Part shown: positions 10,220 through 19,661 of the stretch, in pieces
Layout: each line of letters begins with the position of its first letter
Numbering within the stretch: position 1 is the first letter of the stretch
Notes under the pieces: generated by a model
Told to the model about the DNA's origin: nothing
Seen by the model: only the letters and a program-made list of their open reading frames with translations
Databases searched by the model: none
Made by a program: the position numbers and the translations under genes
Assembly: GCA_947507965.1 (NCBI GenBank)
Contig: CANNQU010000005.1
Coordinates: 22,884-86,883 of the forward strand
DNA length: 64,000 nt
DNA from: Bacteroidota bacterium
GTDB taxonomy: Bacteria > Bacteroidota > Bacteroidia > UKL13-3
Direction of reading: 5' to 3'

Positions 10220-11293
10220 CTAATTACCTGTTCCTGCCTTTAGTTTTTCTGCATTCTCGGCAAGTTGGAGTTGGTCGATGATGTTCTGAATATCGCCATT
10301 CATCACTGCATCCAGATTGTGGGTGGTAAAGCCAATGCGGTGCTCCGTCATTCGGCTTTGCGGGAAATTATAGGTGCGTACTTTAGCACTTCTATCGCCT
10401 GTTGAAACCATCGTTTTCCTGGTTTTACTCATCTCTTCCATATACTTATTATATTCAAATTCGTACAGTCGTGTGCGTAACACCTTCATTGCCGCATCTT
10501 TATTTTTTTGTTGCGATTTCTGATCTTGACATTGCACAATAATTCCCGTTGGAATATGTAATAACCGAACTGCAGAATAGGTCGTATTTACCGATTGTCC
10601 ACCCGGGCCAGAGGCACAAAATAAATCAAGACGAATATCCTCCGTTTTTAATTCCACATCAAATTCATCTGCTTCCGGAAGCACGACCACGGTGGCTGCA
10701 GAGGTATGTACTCGACCCATCGTTTCGGTGTCGGGCACTCGCTGTACACGATGTACACCACTTTCATATTTCATCTGACCATACACGTCTTCACCGATAA
10801 CATTTAGAACAATTTTATTGAAGCCTCCCACCGTTCCAGGATTTTCTTCGATAATTTCCATCTTCCAGTTCTTGCTTTGAGCGTAGCGTGTATACATCCT
10901 AAAAAGATCGCCTGCAAAAATACTTGCTTCATCACCTCCAGTGCCGCTTCGAATTTCAAGAACTGCATTCTTGGCATCCTGCGGATCCTTTGGAATAAGC
11001 AAATTTCGTATTTCTTCTTCCATCGGCTCTTGTTTCAAGAGCATCTCATCAAGTTCCATCCGAGCCATTTCACGTAACTCAGCATCCTTCTCATTCGCCA
11101 AAATATCTTTGCAATTGGTAATATTACCAACGAGTGTCTTGTATTCGTGGTACGCCTCAATAATCGGTGCAAGATCCTTATATTCTTTATTTAACTGAGC
11201 AAAACGCTTCATATCGCTCATGGCATCCGGCTGCGATATCAATTGCTCTACTTCATCTCTTCGGGATTGAATGGCTTTTAATTTATCTAACAT
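10220..11293 (-). CDS. prfA: Peptide chain release factor 1
   Basis: 357 aa with GGQ motif (SGPGGQSVNTT), an RF1-type HTSAATV block and RVQRVP-x-TE. No frameshift (unlike RF2). Confidence 0.85.
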   Translation of the reverse strand: MLDKLKAIQSRRDEVEQLISQPDAMSDMKRFAQLNKEYKDLAPIIEAYHEYKTLVGNITNCKDILANEKDAELREMARMELDEMLLKQEPMEEEIRNLLIPKDPQDAKNAVLEIRSGTGGDEASIFAGDLFRMYTRYAQSKNWKMEIIEENPGTVGGFNKIVLNVIGEDVYGQMKYESGVHRVQRVPDTETMGRVHTSAATVVVLPEADEFDVELKTEDIRLDLFCASGPGGQSVNTTYSAVRLLHIPTGIIVQCQDQKSQQKNKDAAMKVLRTRLYEFEYNKYMEEMSKTRKTMVSTGDRSAKVRTYNFPQSRMTEHRIGFTTHNLDAVMNGDIQNIIDQLQLAENAEKLKAGTGN

Positions 11294-11461
11294 AATATTG
11301 TTTTAAATGGTTTTTAATTACTTGGTGTAAACCGTTGATTGAATTTTTGGAATTGATTTAACTAATCATGTTTCCGAGGGAAACACGGCCGATAAGAAGG
11401 GCATAGCTAATAAAAACGAGACATCGTGCAAAGGTAATAAATTTCTTGCGATGAATAAGAA

Positions 11462-12292
11462 TTACTCTACAAGATGCCTCAAAGCTATAATAGATTTGGG
11501 CAGGATGAAAAAATAGGTGTTAAAACTTCGGGTTACCATCATCACGTTTTTTAGATTGAGACAAGTTTTCGAAATGAAAAACGTAATTGGCAACTCCCGA
11601 TGAAGTGATAAACGTTTTAGGGTATCATTAAAATATCCAAAAAGCTCCGATGTGTTATAATTTAAAATAGGTATTGACTGAAACTTGTATTCATCCATAG
11701 TCCCGGTATTGCTGGAAAGTAGCTCCACCTTTGGGATGATAAACGTCGTATCGGCAAACAATATATTGGGTAGTGAATACTCGATTTCTGCCATTCTTAT
11801 GATTTCTTTTCCCATTCCCGGTAATTTAGGCAACGACCACACCTTTTGGAAATTAGTCCGGTAATTGGATATCAATCCGGTCGACTCATCGTAACCCCAC
11901 CATCCTGTTTTGCTTAGGCAAATAAGGGTTGGCTTGGGTTTAATCAGCTGCGATAAATCGTATTGGTTTTTCTCTTTCAAAAAATCATCAAACACCGTAA
12001 GTCGTCCGGTGTTATAACAATACACGGCGATCTCGGTTGCCCCATTGCACTCCATACTACTCGCAATACCATAACGAATTAGACTCTGTGAAATTAAGAT
12101 CTTAAGGTTAGAGTCAACCTTGAGCAGGGTATTGTTTTCTGTGATTACAAATAAATTACCCATACCATCTGGCACAGCATATTTCGACGATATAACCAGG
12201 CTATCGGCCTGTGCATTCAAGGCTTTTTGTGTGAAAAGCATCAATGCACTGAGGACTATTACTCTAAAGATCAAGATCATATCTCTACCCAT
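11462..12292 (-). CDS. Hypothetical secreted protein (signal peptide)
   Basis: Hydrophobic N-terminal signal (ILIFRVIVLSALMLFTQKALNAQA) and no recognisable domain. It abuts the upstream GSCFA gene (stop/start adjacent), suggesting co-transcription. Confidence 0.4.
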   Translation of the reverse strand: MGRDMILIFRVIVLSALMLFTQKALNAQADSLVISSKYAVPDGMGNLFVITENNTLLKVDSNLKILISQSLIRYGIASSMECNGATEIAVYCYNTGRLTVFDDFLKEKNQYDLSQLIKPKPTLICLSKTGWWGYDESTGLISNYRTNFQKVWSLPKLPGMGKEIIRMAEIEYSLPNILFADTTFIIPKVELLSSNTGTMDEYKFQSIPILNYNTSELFGYFNDTLKRLSLHRELPITFFISKTCLNLKNVMMVTRSFNTYFFILPKSIIALRHLVE

Positions 12293-13249
12293 TTATTCTT
12301 TTGTTGAGCTGGAGTGATGCGCTTTCAATAGCGCTAAAATTTTTGAATGCATCATCTCCCTTTTTTCACGATGAAAATTGGCATCGGCTTCATTTAATGG
12401 CTTATGGTAATCAAACTTGAGGAAGGCATCAATTTCTTTAAAAATCGGGAACTCCTTTGGATTTAAATATGCATTGATAAAATGTTCCCAAACGAAATTT
12501 ACCGCCTGTTCGTTTGGATGTACCAAATCTTCCTTAAAAAACCGATAATCACGCAATACATCAACGACTAATTCATAGGCTGGAAAATAAAAACACGACT
12601 CATTATTAGCAACTATTGAATGCACCGTGGTAAGAAGATGGGACTTACTTAAATTATTTTCTACTAAACCGTCGCGTATATAACGCACCGGACTAACCGT
12701 AAACAATAATTTAATTTTCGGATTAAAAATTCTCAGCTTCTCGATTACTTCCTGCCAATCTATGGTTTGCTTCGTTGAATTAAGAATCTCCTTCTCAAAC
12801 TGCAATTGCGGTATTTTATGGCAATTGGCTATGATTTCATTGGTATGGATATGGCGGAAAGCCCAGCTGGTGCCTAAGGTAACCAACAACCAATCGGCAT
12901 TTTTCAAAAATCGATGTGCCTCCGAAATTTCTTTATTAATACCTTCTATACCGAGTTGCTTACTCGCCTTTGAAAACCTACCGTGATGGTGGAGGGAATG
13001 CCATAAATTATTCTCCTGTAGCAAGTCGTTTGAATGGTATTCGGTAGTATTCATATAATCATTAAGAGCTCTTATAATACTCTTAGAATTAAATAATATT
13101 CCGTGAGGATTAACCATAACATTAAATTTATGTTTCTCCAGGAGCCCTCCTATTTCTTGAGCGAAACAACTACCTATAGCTATTACCTTTTGATGGTAGC
13201 TTAGCATGGATTGGCTTTTTGGAACTGCAAAAGGAAGAAAAAAATCCAT
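12293..13249 (-). CDS. GSCFA-domain protein (SGNH/GDSL-like hydrolase superfamily)
   Basis: N-terminal KVIAIGSCFAQEIG carries the eponymous G-S-C-F-A motif. 318 aa. Confidence 0.6.
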   Translation of the reverse strand: MDFFLPFAVPKSQSMLSYHQKVIAIGSCFAQEIGGLLEKHKFNVMVNPHGILFNSKSIIRALNDYMNTTEYHSNDLLQENNLWHSLHHHGRFSKASKQLGIEGINKEISEAHRFLKNADWLLVTLGTSWAFRHIHTNEIIANCHKIPQLQFEKEILNSTKQTIDWQEVIEKLRIFNPKIKLLFTVSPVRYIRDGLVENNLSKSHLLTTVHSIVANNESCFYFPAYELVVDVLRDYRFFKEDLVHPNEQAVNFVWEHFINAYLNPKEFPIFKEIDAFLKFDYHKPLNEADANFHREKREMMHSKILALLKAHHSSSTKE

Positions 13250-13280
13250 CGTAATATCCTATTATTTTTATATCCCGCCA

Positions 13281-13316
13281 TTCGAAATACCTATGATATG
13301 GTAGCCATATTTCGAA
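13281..13316. promoter_or_regulatory. Nested inverted repeat (candidate operator) in the divergent GSCFA/feoAB intergenic region
   Basis: TTCGAAATA-cctatg-ATATGG-TAG-CCATAT-TTCGAA. The outer arms TTCGAAATA/TATTTCGAA and inner arms ATATGG/CCATAT are exact reverse complements. It lies ~150 bp upstream of feoA. Confidence 0.3.
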
Positions 13317-13466
13317 TCATGAACACTCATTTATTGAAATTTAGACTTAGCAAATACACTTCGAAAATATCTATTTTTATGTTTTTATGATAAAAATCAT
13401 TTTATTGGACTTTTTTACTCCCTTTTAAATCGTTTTATTTGCGTTTAGAATAAATCTAAATAATAA

Positions 13467-13727
13467 GTGCAAACATTACGCGATTTAAAAAAGGGAGAAT
13501 ACGCTATAATTCAAGAAATTAGTGATAATTCTTTGAAACTGAAGCTCATGGAAATGGGTTGCATACCTGGAGAAATCATCAAACTGAGCCATATTGCACC
13601 TTTGGGTGATCCAATAGCGATTGAGGTTCAAGGATATAAATTAAGTCTTCGACTCAGTGAAGCCGGTTCTATTATGATTGAGAAAACAGATACTGAAATT
13701 TCTAAAAACAAAACCACTACTTTTTGA
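13467..13727 (+). CDS. feoA: Ferrous iron transport protein A
   Basis: 86 aa SH3-like FeoA: LKKGEYAIIQEI...LMEMGCIPGEIIKL...IAIEVQGYKLSLRLSEA. The start codon is GTG at 13467. It is translationally coupled to feoB (overlap). Confidence 0.8.
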   Translation: MQTLRDLKKGEYAIIQEISDNSLKLKLMEMGCIPGEIIKLSHIAPLGDPIAIEVQGYKLSLRLSEAGSIMIEKTDTEISKNKTTTF

Positions 13728-15781
13728 GAGATGCCGGAGATACGATATTGAAAGTTGCCATCACTGGAAATCCAAATTGTGGAAAGACCTCTGTTTTTAA
13801 TGCACTTACAGGGCTCAACCAACAAGTTGGGAACTATGCCGGAACTACGGTGGACAAAAAAACTGGCGTTTTAGCGTACAACAAAACGCAGCAAGCCAGA
13901 ATAATTGACTTACCAGGCACCTACAGTATTTACCCAAGAAGCAAAGACGAGGAAATTGCCATTGATGTCATTATAAATCCTCAGAGCAAGGAGGCCTCCG
14001 ATATCATTTTGGTGGTATGCGACGCATCTAACCTCAAGCGAAACTTGTTGTATTACTCTCAAGTAGCCGATCTGGGAAAGCCGGTAATTTTGGTGCTCAC
14101 CATGATGGATATCGCAAAGAAGAAAGGGCTGGAGATTAATCTCGTTTTATTATCGCTTCACTTGGGGGTAAAAGTAGTGGCTGTAAATCCAAGAAATGGG
14201 GATGGGTTTGATAAACTAAAAGATGCCATTTTTAATACTGGCCATTTGACCCAAAATAAACTAATCGATATTTATAATTTAGCGCCTCAACTCATTGAGG
14301 AAGTAAAAAAAGACCACCCCAATTATACTGATTTTCAATGTTTTCTGAATCTCTACAAAACGCAACGTGAAAAACTTGATGATGTCCTCTCAGAAGAAAC
14401 CATCAAACGATATGCGGCCATAAAGGAGGTGTTGGCCGATTGTGTCCATCAAAAAAATTTAAAGCAGTCGGAATTTAGTAATAATCTTGATAAAATTCTA
14501 ACCCATAAAATTGGAGGTTATCTTATTTTTCTTTTCATTTTATTTATCATCTTCGAAAGTATTTTTTCAATCAGTAAATTTCCGATGCTATGGATTCAAC
14601 AAAGCTTCACTTGGTTTGGAAATTATTTTGCGCAACACTTCCCGGAAGGCCCATTGAATAACCTATTGGTGAATGGGGTGATTGCTGGCTTGAGTGGGGT
14701 GATTGTCTTCCTTCCACAAATTGTTTTACTCTTTGCTTTTATCGCCATACTAGAAGATACTGGTTATATGTCGAGGGTAAGTTTTATGATGGACAAGTTA
14801 ATGCGACGAGTAGGAATGAACGGAAAAAGTGTGGTGCCCTTAATGAGCGGTGTGGCCTGTGCCGTGCCGAGCATTATGGCAACTCGTAGTATAGAAAATT
14901 GGAAGGAACGAATTATAACCATTATGGTTATCCCACTCATGAGTTGCAGTGCGAGGCTTCCGGTATATACACTTTTAATTTCTATGATCGCTCCTGATAA
15001 AACACTTTGGGGATTATTTAATGTACAAGGATTGATTTTAATGGGAATGTATTTGGTAGGATTTTTTTCTGCCATTGCCGCTGCCTGGGTAATGAAACTC
15101 GTTATTCGGGCTAAGGAAAAAAATTATTTTATATTGGAATTGCCCACGTATAAAGCTCCTCGCTTAAAAAATATATTAATTACCCTCGTCGAAAAATCAC
15201 GCACCTTCGTTTGGGAGGCAGGCAAAGTAATTGTTGCCGTATCCGTAATCTTATGGTTAGCGGCAAGCTTTGGACCAGGCCAAAGTTTTACAAAAATCGA
15301 AGAAAAATACAAAACCGACTTTTACCTTAATAATTTTAGTGAAAAAGAAATTAATACCTTCCAAAAAAGCGAAAAACTCTTCGCCTCGTATGCCGGACAT
15401 TTCGGGCGCATTATTGAACCAATTATAAAACCATTAGGCTTCGATTGGAAGATCGGCATCGCACTCTTTAGTTCTCTGGCAGCACGAGAAGTATTTGTAG
15501 GCACTATGGCTACCATCTATAATTTAGGCGACGATAGCAATAGCATGAACATCCGAGAACGTATGATGGAAGAACGCGACCCGGTTACATTAAAGCCTAA
15601 ATACACGGTTACCGTTGCATTTTCATTGATGTTATTCTACGCATTTGCACTACAATGCATTAGTACGATTGCCACGGTATATAAAGAAACTAAAACTTGG
15701 AAATGGGCCACCATACAGTTTCTATACACGAGTGGTTTGGCTTACCTGGTGAGTTTGGTGGTATATCAGTTATTTAAATAA
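13724..15781 (+). CDS. feoB: Ferrous iron transporter B (start ambiguous: TTG at 13724 or TTG at 13748 giving MKVAITGNPNCGKT)
   Basis: N-terminal G-domain KVAITGNPNCGKTSVFNALTG (G1), DLPGTYS, followed by a large polytopic permease domain with Gate motifs. 685 aa. Confidence 0.9.
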   Translation: MRDAGDTILKVAITGNPNCGKTSVFNALTGLNQQVGNYAGTTVDKKTGVLAYNKTQQARIIDLPGTYSIYPRSKDEEIAIDVIINPQSKEASDIILVVCDASNLKRNLLYYSQVADLGKPVILVLTMMDIAKKKGLEINLVLLSLHLGVKVVAVNPRNGDGFDKLKDAIFNTGHLTQNKLIDIYNLAPQLIEEVKKDHPNYTDFQCFLNLYKTQREKLDDVLSEETIKRYAAIKEVLADCVHQKNLKQSEFSNNLDKILTHKIGGYLIFLFILFIIFESIFSISKFPMLWIQQSFTWFGNYFAQHFPEGPLNNLLVNGVIAGLSGVIVFLPQIVLLFAFIAILEDTGYMSRVSFMMDKLMRRVGMNGKSVVPLMSGVACAVPSIMATRSIENWKERIITIMVIPLMSCSARLPVYTLLISMIAPDKTLWGLFNVQGLILMGMYLVGFFSAIAAAWVMKLVIRAKEKNYFILELPTYKAPRLKNILITLVEKSRTFVWEAGKVIVAVSVILWLAASFGPGQSFTKIEEKYKTDFYLNNFSEKEINTFQKSEKLFASYAGHFGRIIEPIIKPLGFDWKIGIALFSSLAAREVFVGTMATIYNLGDDSNSMNIRERMMEERDPVTLKPKYTVTVAFSLMLFYAFALQCISTIATVYKETKTWKWATIQFLYTSGLAYLVSLVVYQLFK

Positions 15782-15877
15782 GGAAGAGGACAAACCCAAG
15801 AGAAATGAAATACCGATACCCTTCCTCAAAAAGGAATTACGTTATATGATCTAATCCGAACAATTAACATCTTATCT

Positions 15878-16582
15878 ATGAATACTTATACCCTATACCT
15901 TTTTAAGTTCTGGCGTTATTTGATCATTGCCGTTGGACTTGTTTTATTGCTCGTTTTTGGTGGCATTTCGTTAGCGCTGCGGTATTCTTTTGATTTTGGT
16001 ACGTGGGATGAAATTTCAATTCTCCTTTTAACTTTTGTAAGTTTGGCTCTCTCTATTATTTTTGGAGCCAAGGTATCGACCTACACCTGTAAAATACAAG
16101 TTTCTACAGATGGATTGATGTTAACCATTAATTCACCCATTCCTTTTACTTCTACAGAATTCATTAAAATTACATGGGATGACCTAGACGCCTTTAATAT
16201 AGAAGGTGACGACCAAGGCGACGTTTTAACTTTTAAGGTAAGAGGCACCGGAAAAGAATACCGTTTCACGAATAGCATATTCAAAAAGAGCCAGGATATG
16301 CAACCTTTCTTCGAAGCCCTAAAGAAAGGAGCCGACGTATTTAACGAACAACACTTCGACGACCATAAACACATTGGTGAATTACCCGGTTTTTATTCCG
16401 GAACATTTGCCTTGGTTTCGGCCATTTTCTTAGCGGTTCTCATGTTCATTATTCCCATCATGATCTACCTGATGTCTTCTAATGAAGATAGCGTTTTTCC
16501 TTATTTGAAACTAATCTGGTTTTATTTATTAAGCATGTTCATCATACGAAACGTGTATGTGGCTAGGAAAACAAACCATTAA
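15878..16582 (+). CDS. Hypothetical membrane protein (2 N-terminal + 2 C-terminal TM helices)
   Basis: Hydropathy by eye only. No recognisable motif. Confidence 0.35.
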   Translation: MNTYTLYLFKFWRYLIIAVGLVLLLVFGGISLALRYSFDFGTWDEISILLLTFVSLALSIIFGAKVSTYTCKIQVSTDGLMLTINSPIPFTSTEFIKITWDDLDAFNIEGDDQGDVLTFKVRGTGKEYRFTNSIFKKSQDMQPFFEALKKGADVFNEQHFDDHKHIGELPGFYSGTFALVSAIFLAVLMFIIPIMIYLMSSNEDSVFPYLKLIWFYLLSMFIIRNVYVARKTNH

Positions 16583-16592
16583 AAGAAAACTG

Positions 16593-18062
16593 CTAATAAG
16601 AATACGTCGCCCCATCTTTACCATCCTTTATGGTGATACCTAAAGCTAACAATTGATCACGTAAGTTATCACTGGCGGCAAAGTTCTTCATTGCCTTGGC
16701 TTCTGCACGCTGTTGAAGTAGTATTTGCATCACCCCATTCAACATATCATTTTTAGAACTTACTTCTTCTTTTAACCCCAGTATATCGAAAATAAAATCG
16801 TGAAATATTTTTTTCAATTCGATTTTATCTGCAGCAGATATTTTCTCTCTCCCATCGTTTACATTATTAATAAACGTAACCCCTTCAAATAAGTGTGCAA
16901 TAGCAATAGGAGTATTGAAATCCTCGCTCATAGCACCTTCACACTTGGCACGAAGTGCCACCACAAAAGCCTCCGAATTCCCCTCCGTTTTCAATCCGTC
17001 AATTAAACGAAAGGCGTTCATAAGTCGAGCATAGCCCTTTTCGGCAGCTTGTAATGCGTCATTACTAAAGTCGAGGGTACTGCGATAATGACTCTGCAAC
17101 ATAAAAAAGCGAACAGACATAGGACTATAGCCTTTATCCAACAGGGGGTGAGACCCGGCAAACAATTCGTCGGGCAAAAAGCCATTTCCTGCACTTTTAC
17201 TCATGCGCACTCCGTTTACCGTTAGCATATTCGTGTGCATCCAATATCGTGCGGGTGAAATATTGTTACATGCGCAATTCTGGGCTATTTCATTGGTATG
17301 ATGTGTGGCAATTAAATCCATCCCTCCACCATGAATATCGAACGAAGTGCCGAGATATTTTTTACTCATGGCACTGCATTCAATGTGCCATCCGGGAAAA
17401 CCCATCCCCCATGGACTTTGCCACTGCATCAGATGTTCGGGCTTTGCCTTTATCCACAACGCAAAATCGAGCCGACCGTGCTTATCGTCCTGTCCACCCA
17501 GTTCACGGGTTCCATCCAGCAAATCGTGAATGTTTCTGTTGCTTAGAATCCCATAGTTATATTCTTTACTGTATTTTTCAACATCAAAATAGATCGTTCC
17601 ATCCACCTCGTATGCCCATTTTTTGCTGAGAAGTTCTTTTGTCATTTCTATTTGCTCCACAATATGACCCGTAGCGGTTGGCTCAATGCTTGGTGGCAGA
17701 CAATTAAACGCACGCATCACATCATGAAAATACTGGGTGTATTTTTGCACTATTTCCATCGGCTCCAGCTGTTCAATTTTCGCACGTTTTGCAAATTTGT
17801 CATCGCCTTCATCCAAATCACCTTCAAGATGACCGGCATCGGTAATATTACGCACATAACGTACCTTGTAACCGGCGTATTTCAAATAACGAAAAATCAT
17901 ATCGAAGGATGAAAATGTACGGCAGTTGCCTAAATGCAGGTAGCTATACACAGTGGGACCACACACATACATACCAACTAAATTGGGGTGCAATGGCGTG
18001 AATTCTTCTATCTTTCGGGAAAGGGTATTATATATTCTTAGAGCCTTTGGCATATATTGCAA
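16593..18062 (-). CDS. cysS: Cysteine--tRNA ligase
   Basis: The HLGNCRTF (HIGH-like) and RMSKSAGN (KMSKS) class I motifs, 489 aa with CysRS-like sequence throughout. Confidence 0.9.
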   Translation of the reverse strand: MQYMPKALRIYNTLSRKIEEFTPLHPNLVGMYVCGPTVYSYLHLGNCRTFSSFDMIFRYLKYAGYKVRYVRNITDAGHLEGDLDEGDDKFAKRAKIEQLEPMEIVQKYTQYFHDVMRAFNCLPPSIEPTATGHIVEQIEMTKELLSKKWAYEVDGTIYFDVEKYSKEYNYGILSNRNIHDLLDGTRELGGQDDKHGRLDFALWIKAKPEHLMQWQSPWGMGFPGWHIECSAMSKKYLGTSFDIHGGGMDLIATHHTNEIAQNCACNNISPARYWMHTNMLTVNGVRMSKSAGNGFLPDELFAGSHPLLDKGYSPMSVRFFMLQSHYRSTLDFSNDALQAAEKGYARLMNAFRLIDGLKTEGNSEAFVVALRAKCEGAMSEDFNTPIAIAHLFEGVTFINNVNDGREKISAADKIELKKIFHDFIFDILGLKEEVSSKNDMLNGVMQILLQQRAEAKAMKNFAASDNLRDQLLALGITIKDGKDGATYSY

Positions 18063-18353
18063 AAGTACGAAAAAGTACAGAGGTAAAAATCAGGGCTTGA
18101 ATCGAATGCCCCTTTCGAGGAAAACAGCGGCTATAGTAGTTACGGTTGAATCATCTCTACCATTTCATGATACGTAAAAAATGGACTTGGTCTGCCGAGC
18201 TTTCTCCTTCAAATTAAGCAAATACACGTATTAAATTTAAAAGAATCGAATTCTTGCAAGGTTTATGTGTGCCTCGAATCGCTATCTTCGCACAAGGAAA
18301 TACACCGGCTGACGGTAAAAATAAATAACCTCCATTTTACGTTTAATCAATTC

Positions 18354-19574
18354 ATGAAGAGAGTACTAAGTGTTCTAGGATTTTGCCTTTCGATGGTTTC
18401 CTTGTTCGGGCAAGCCAACGATTCATCGGTCATAAAAACCCGGCTTGCGTCCCTAAAGTCAAGTGTGGCATTGGAATATAACCGAGAGATGTGGCAATAT
18501 CTATCGCCGTTGCTTGCTAATCAAAACCACCGAACATCCGATATGATTTATGAGGTCAACAAATTTTTACCGTATGTAGAACGCATCGTAAAAGACAAGA
18601 AAATGCCCCATGTCTTGGCCTATTTACCTTATGTGATTACCGGATATGTAAACGAGCACAACCCTGATGACGGAAGGGTTGGTGTGTGGAATTTACCGTA
18701 TGCCGTTGCCCGAAAATATGACGTACTAATGAACAGTTATATCGACGAGCGCTATAATATTATTACCTCAACCGAGTCGGCTATGGAATATCTCGTTGAT
18801 TTAAAGCATGAATTTAATAACGACTGGCAACTGGCTGTTCTGGCCTTTTGCACCTCGCCAACCAATGTACTGAAACACATGTATAAGGCCGGCAACGGTA
18901 AAACCTATGCAAGTATTTATTGCGACCTTGATACCAGCGAGAGACGATTCTTAAACCAGCTTACTGCGGCAACCTATATTTTTAGTTTTTATAATGAGAA
19001 AGATATAAACATAAAAATAAGAACCTTGGAAGCGACCTACACTGCCGATACCGTTGATATCTTTAGAAAACTAACGTTCGATAAAATTTCTCAGGCAACC
19101 GGTATTGACAGGCAGGTGCTAAGGCTTTTAAATCCTATTTATAAATTAGAAACCGTACCTTTCAATGAAGCCCCCCACAGTTTAATCATACCGAAAGGAT
19201 TTAAGGAAACATTTGATTCGATATTGCAAAACTTTCCGAATTCGGAGGCCACCCGACCCTTCGATGAGACCCCTATCGTACTGCACGATTCGGACCTTGT
19301 AAAGCCAAGTCAAGTGGCCGCAGCGAGTACGAAGAGTTCCATTAAAAAAGTACCCGTTTATTACAAGGTTAAAAATGGAGATAACCTTTATGGTATTGCC
19401 GATTTATTTGATTGCACCTCCACCAATTTAAAGCAATGGAATAAACTTCGGCGGAACTATTTGGTAGTAGGACAAACCTTGGTTTTCTATGTGCTTCCCA
19501 ATAAAAAGGCGAAATATCAAAAAATGAATGGCTTATCTGCAAAACAGAAAAGAGTCTTAATCTATCAGGATTAA
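18354..19574 (+). CDS. LysM-domain protein with MltD/SLT-like lytic transglycosylase domain that appears to lack the catalytic Glu (start at ATG 18354 giving signal peptide MKRVLSVLGFCLSMVSLFGQA)
   Basis: The C-terminal LysM is YYKVKNGDNLYGIADLFDCTSTNLKQWNKL. The central block LAYLPYVITGYVNEHNPDDGRVGVWNLPYAVARKYDV resembles the SLT motif (L-P-x-I-E-S-x-F-N-P-x-A...G-x-W-Q-x-M-P-x-TA), but it has I-T where the catalytic E-S is expected. Confidence 0.55.
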   Translation: MKRVLSVLGFCLSMVSLFGQANDSSVIKTRLASLKSSVALEYNREMWQYLSPLLANQNHRTSDMIYEVNKFLPYVERIVKDKKMPHVLAYLPYVITGYVNEHNPDDGRVGVWNLPYAVARKYDVLMNSYIDERYNIITSTESAMEYLVDLKHEFNNDWQLAVLAFCTSPTNVLKHMYKAGNGKTYASIYCDLDTSERRFLNQLTAATYIFSFYNEKDINIKIRTLEATYTADTVDIFRKLTFDKISQATGIDRQVLRLLNPIYKLETVPFNEAPHSLIIPKGFKETFDSILQNFPNSEATRPFDETPIVLHDSDLVKPSQVAAASTKSSIKKVPVYYKVKNGDNLYGIADLFDCTSTNLKQWNKLRRNYLVVGQTLVFYVLPNKKAKYQKMNGLSAKQKRVLIYQD

Positions 19575-19661
19575 CATCTTCTGCTAACAGAGAGGCTATT
19601 TTGTAAATAATTGTGAAACGTCTTAAGCTAAAATCAATTAAGGTTATCTTCGCTATCCATT

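Noticed and set aside
17249-17912. Four + strand ORFs (60-126 aa) inside cysS
   Set aside because: They are antisense to a highly conserved aminoacyl-tRNA synthetase gene and have no independent support.
18063-18266. Possible tRNA or T-box-like structure in the cysS leader
   Set aside because: I could not fold a cloverleaf, find conserved GTTCRANYC T-loop or T-box specifier features by eye. Bacteroidota generally lack T-boxes.
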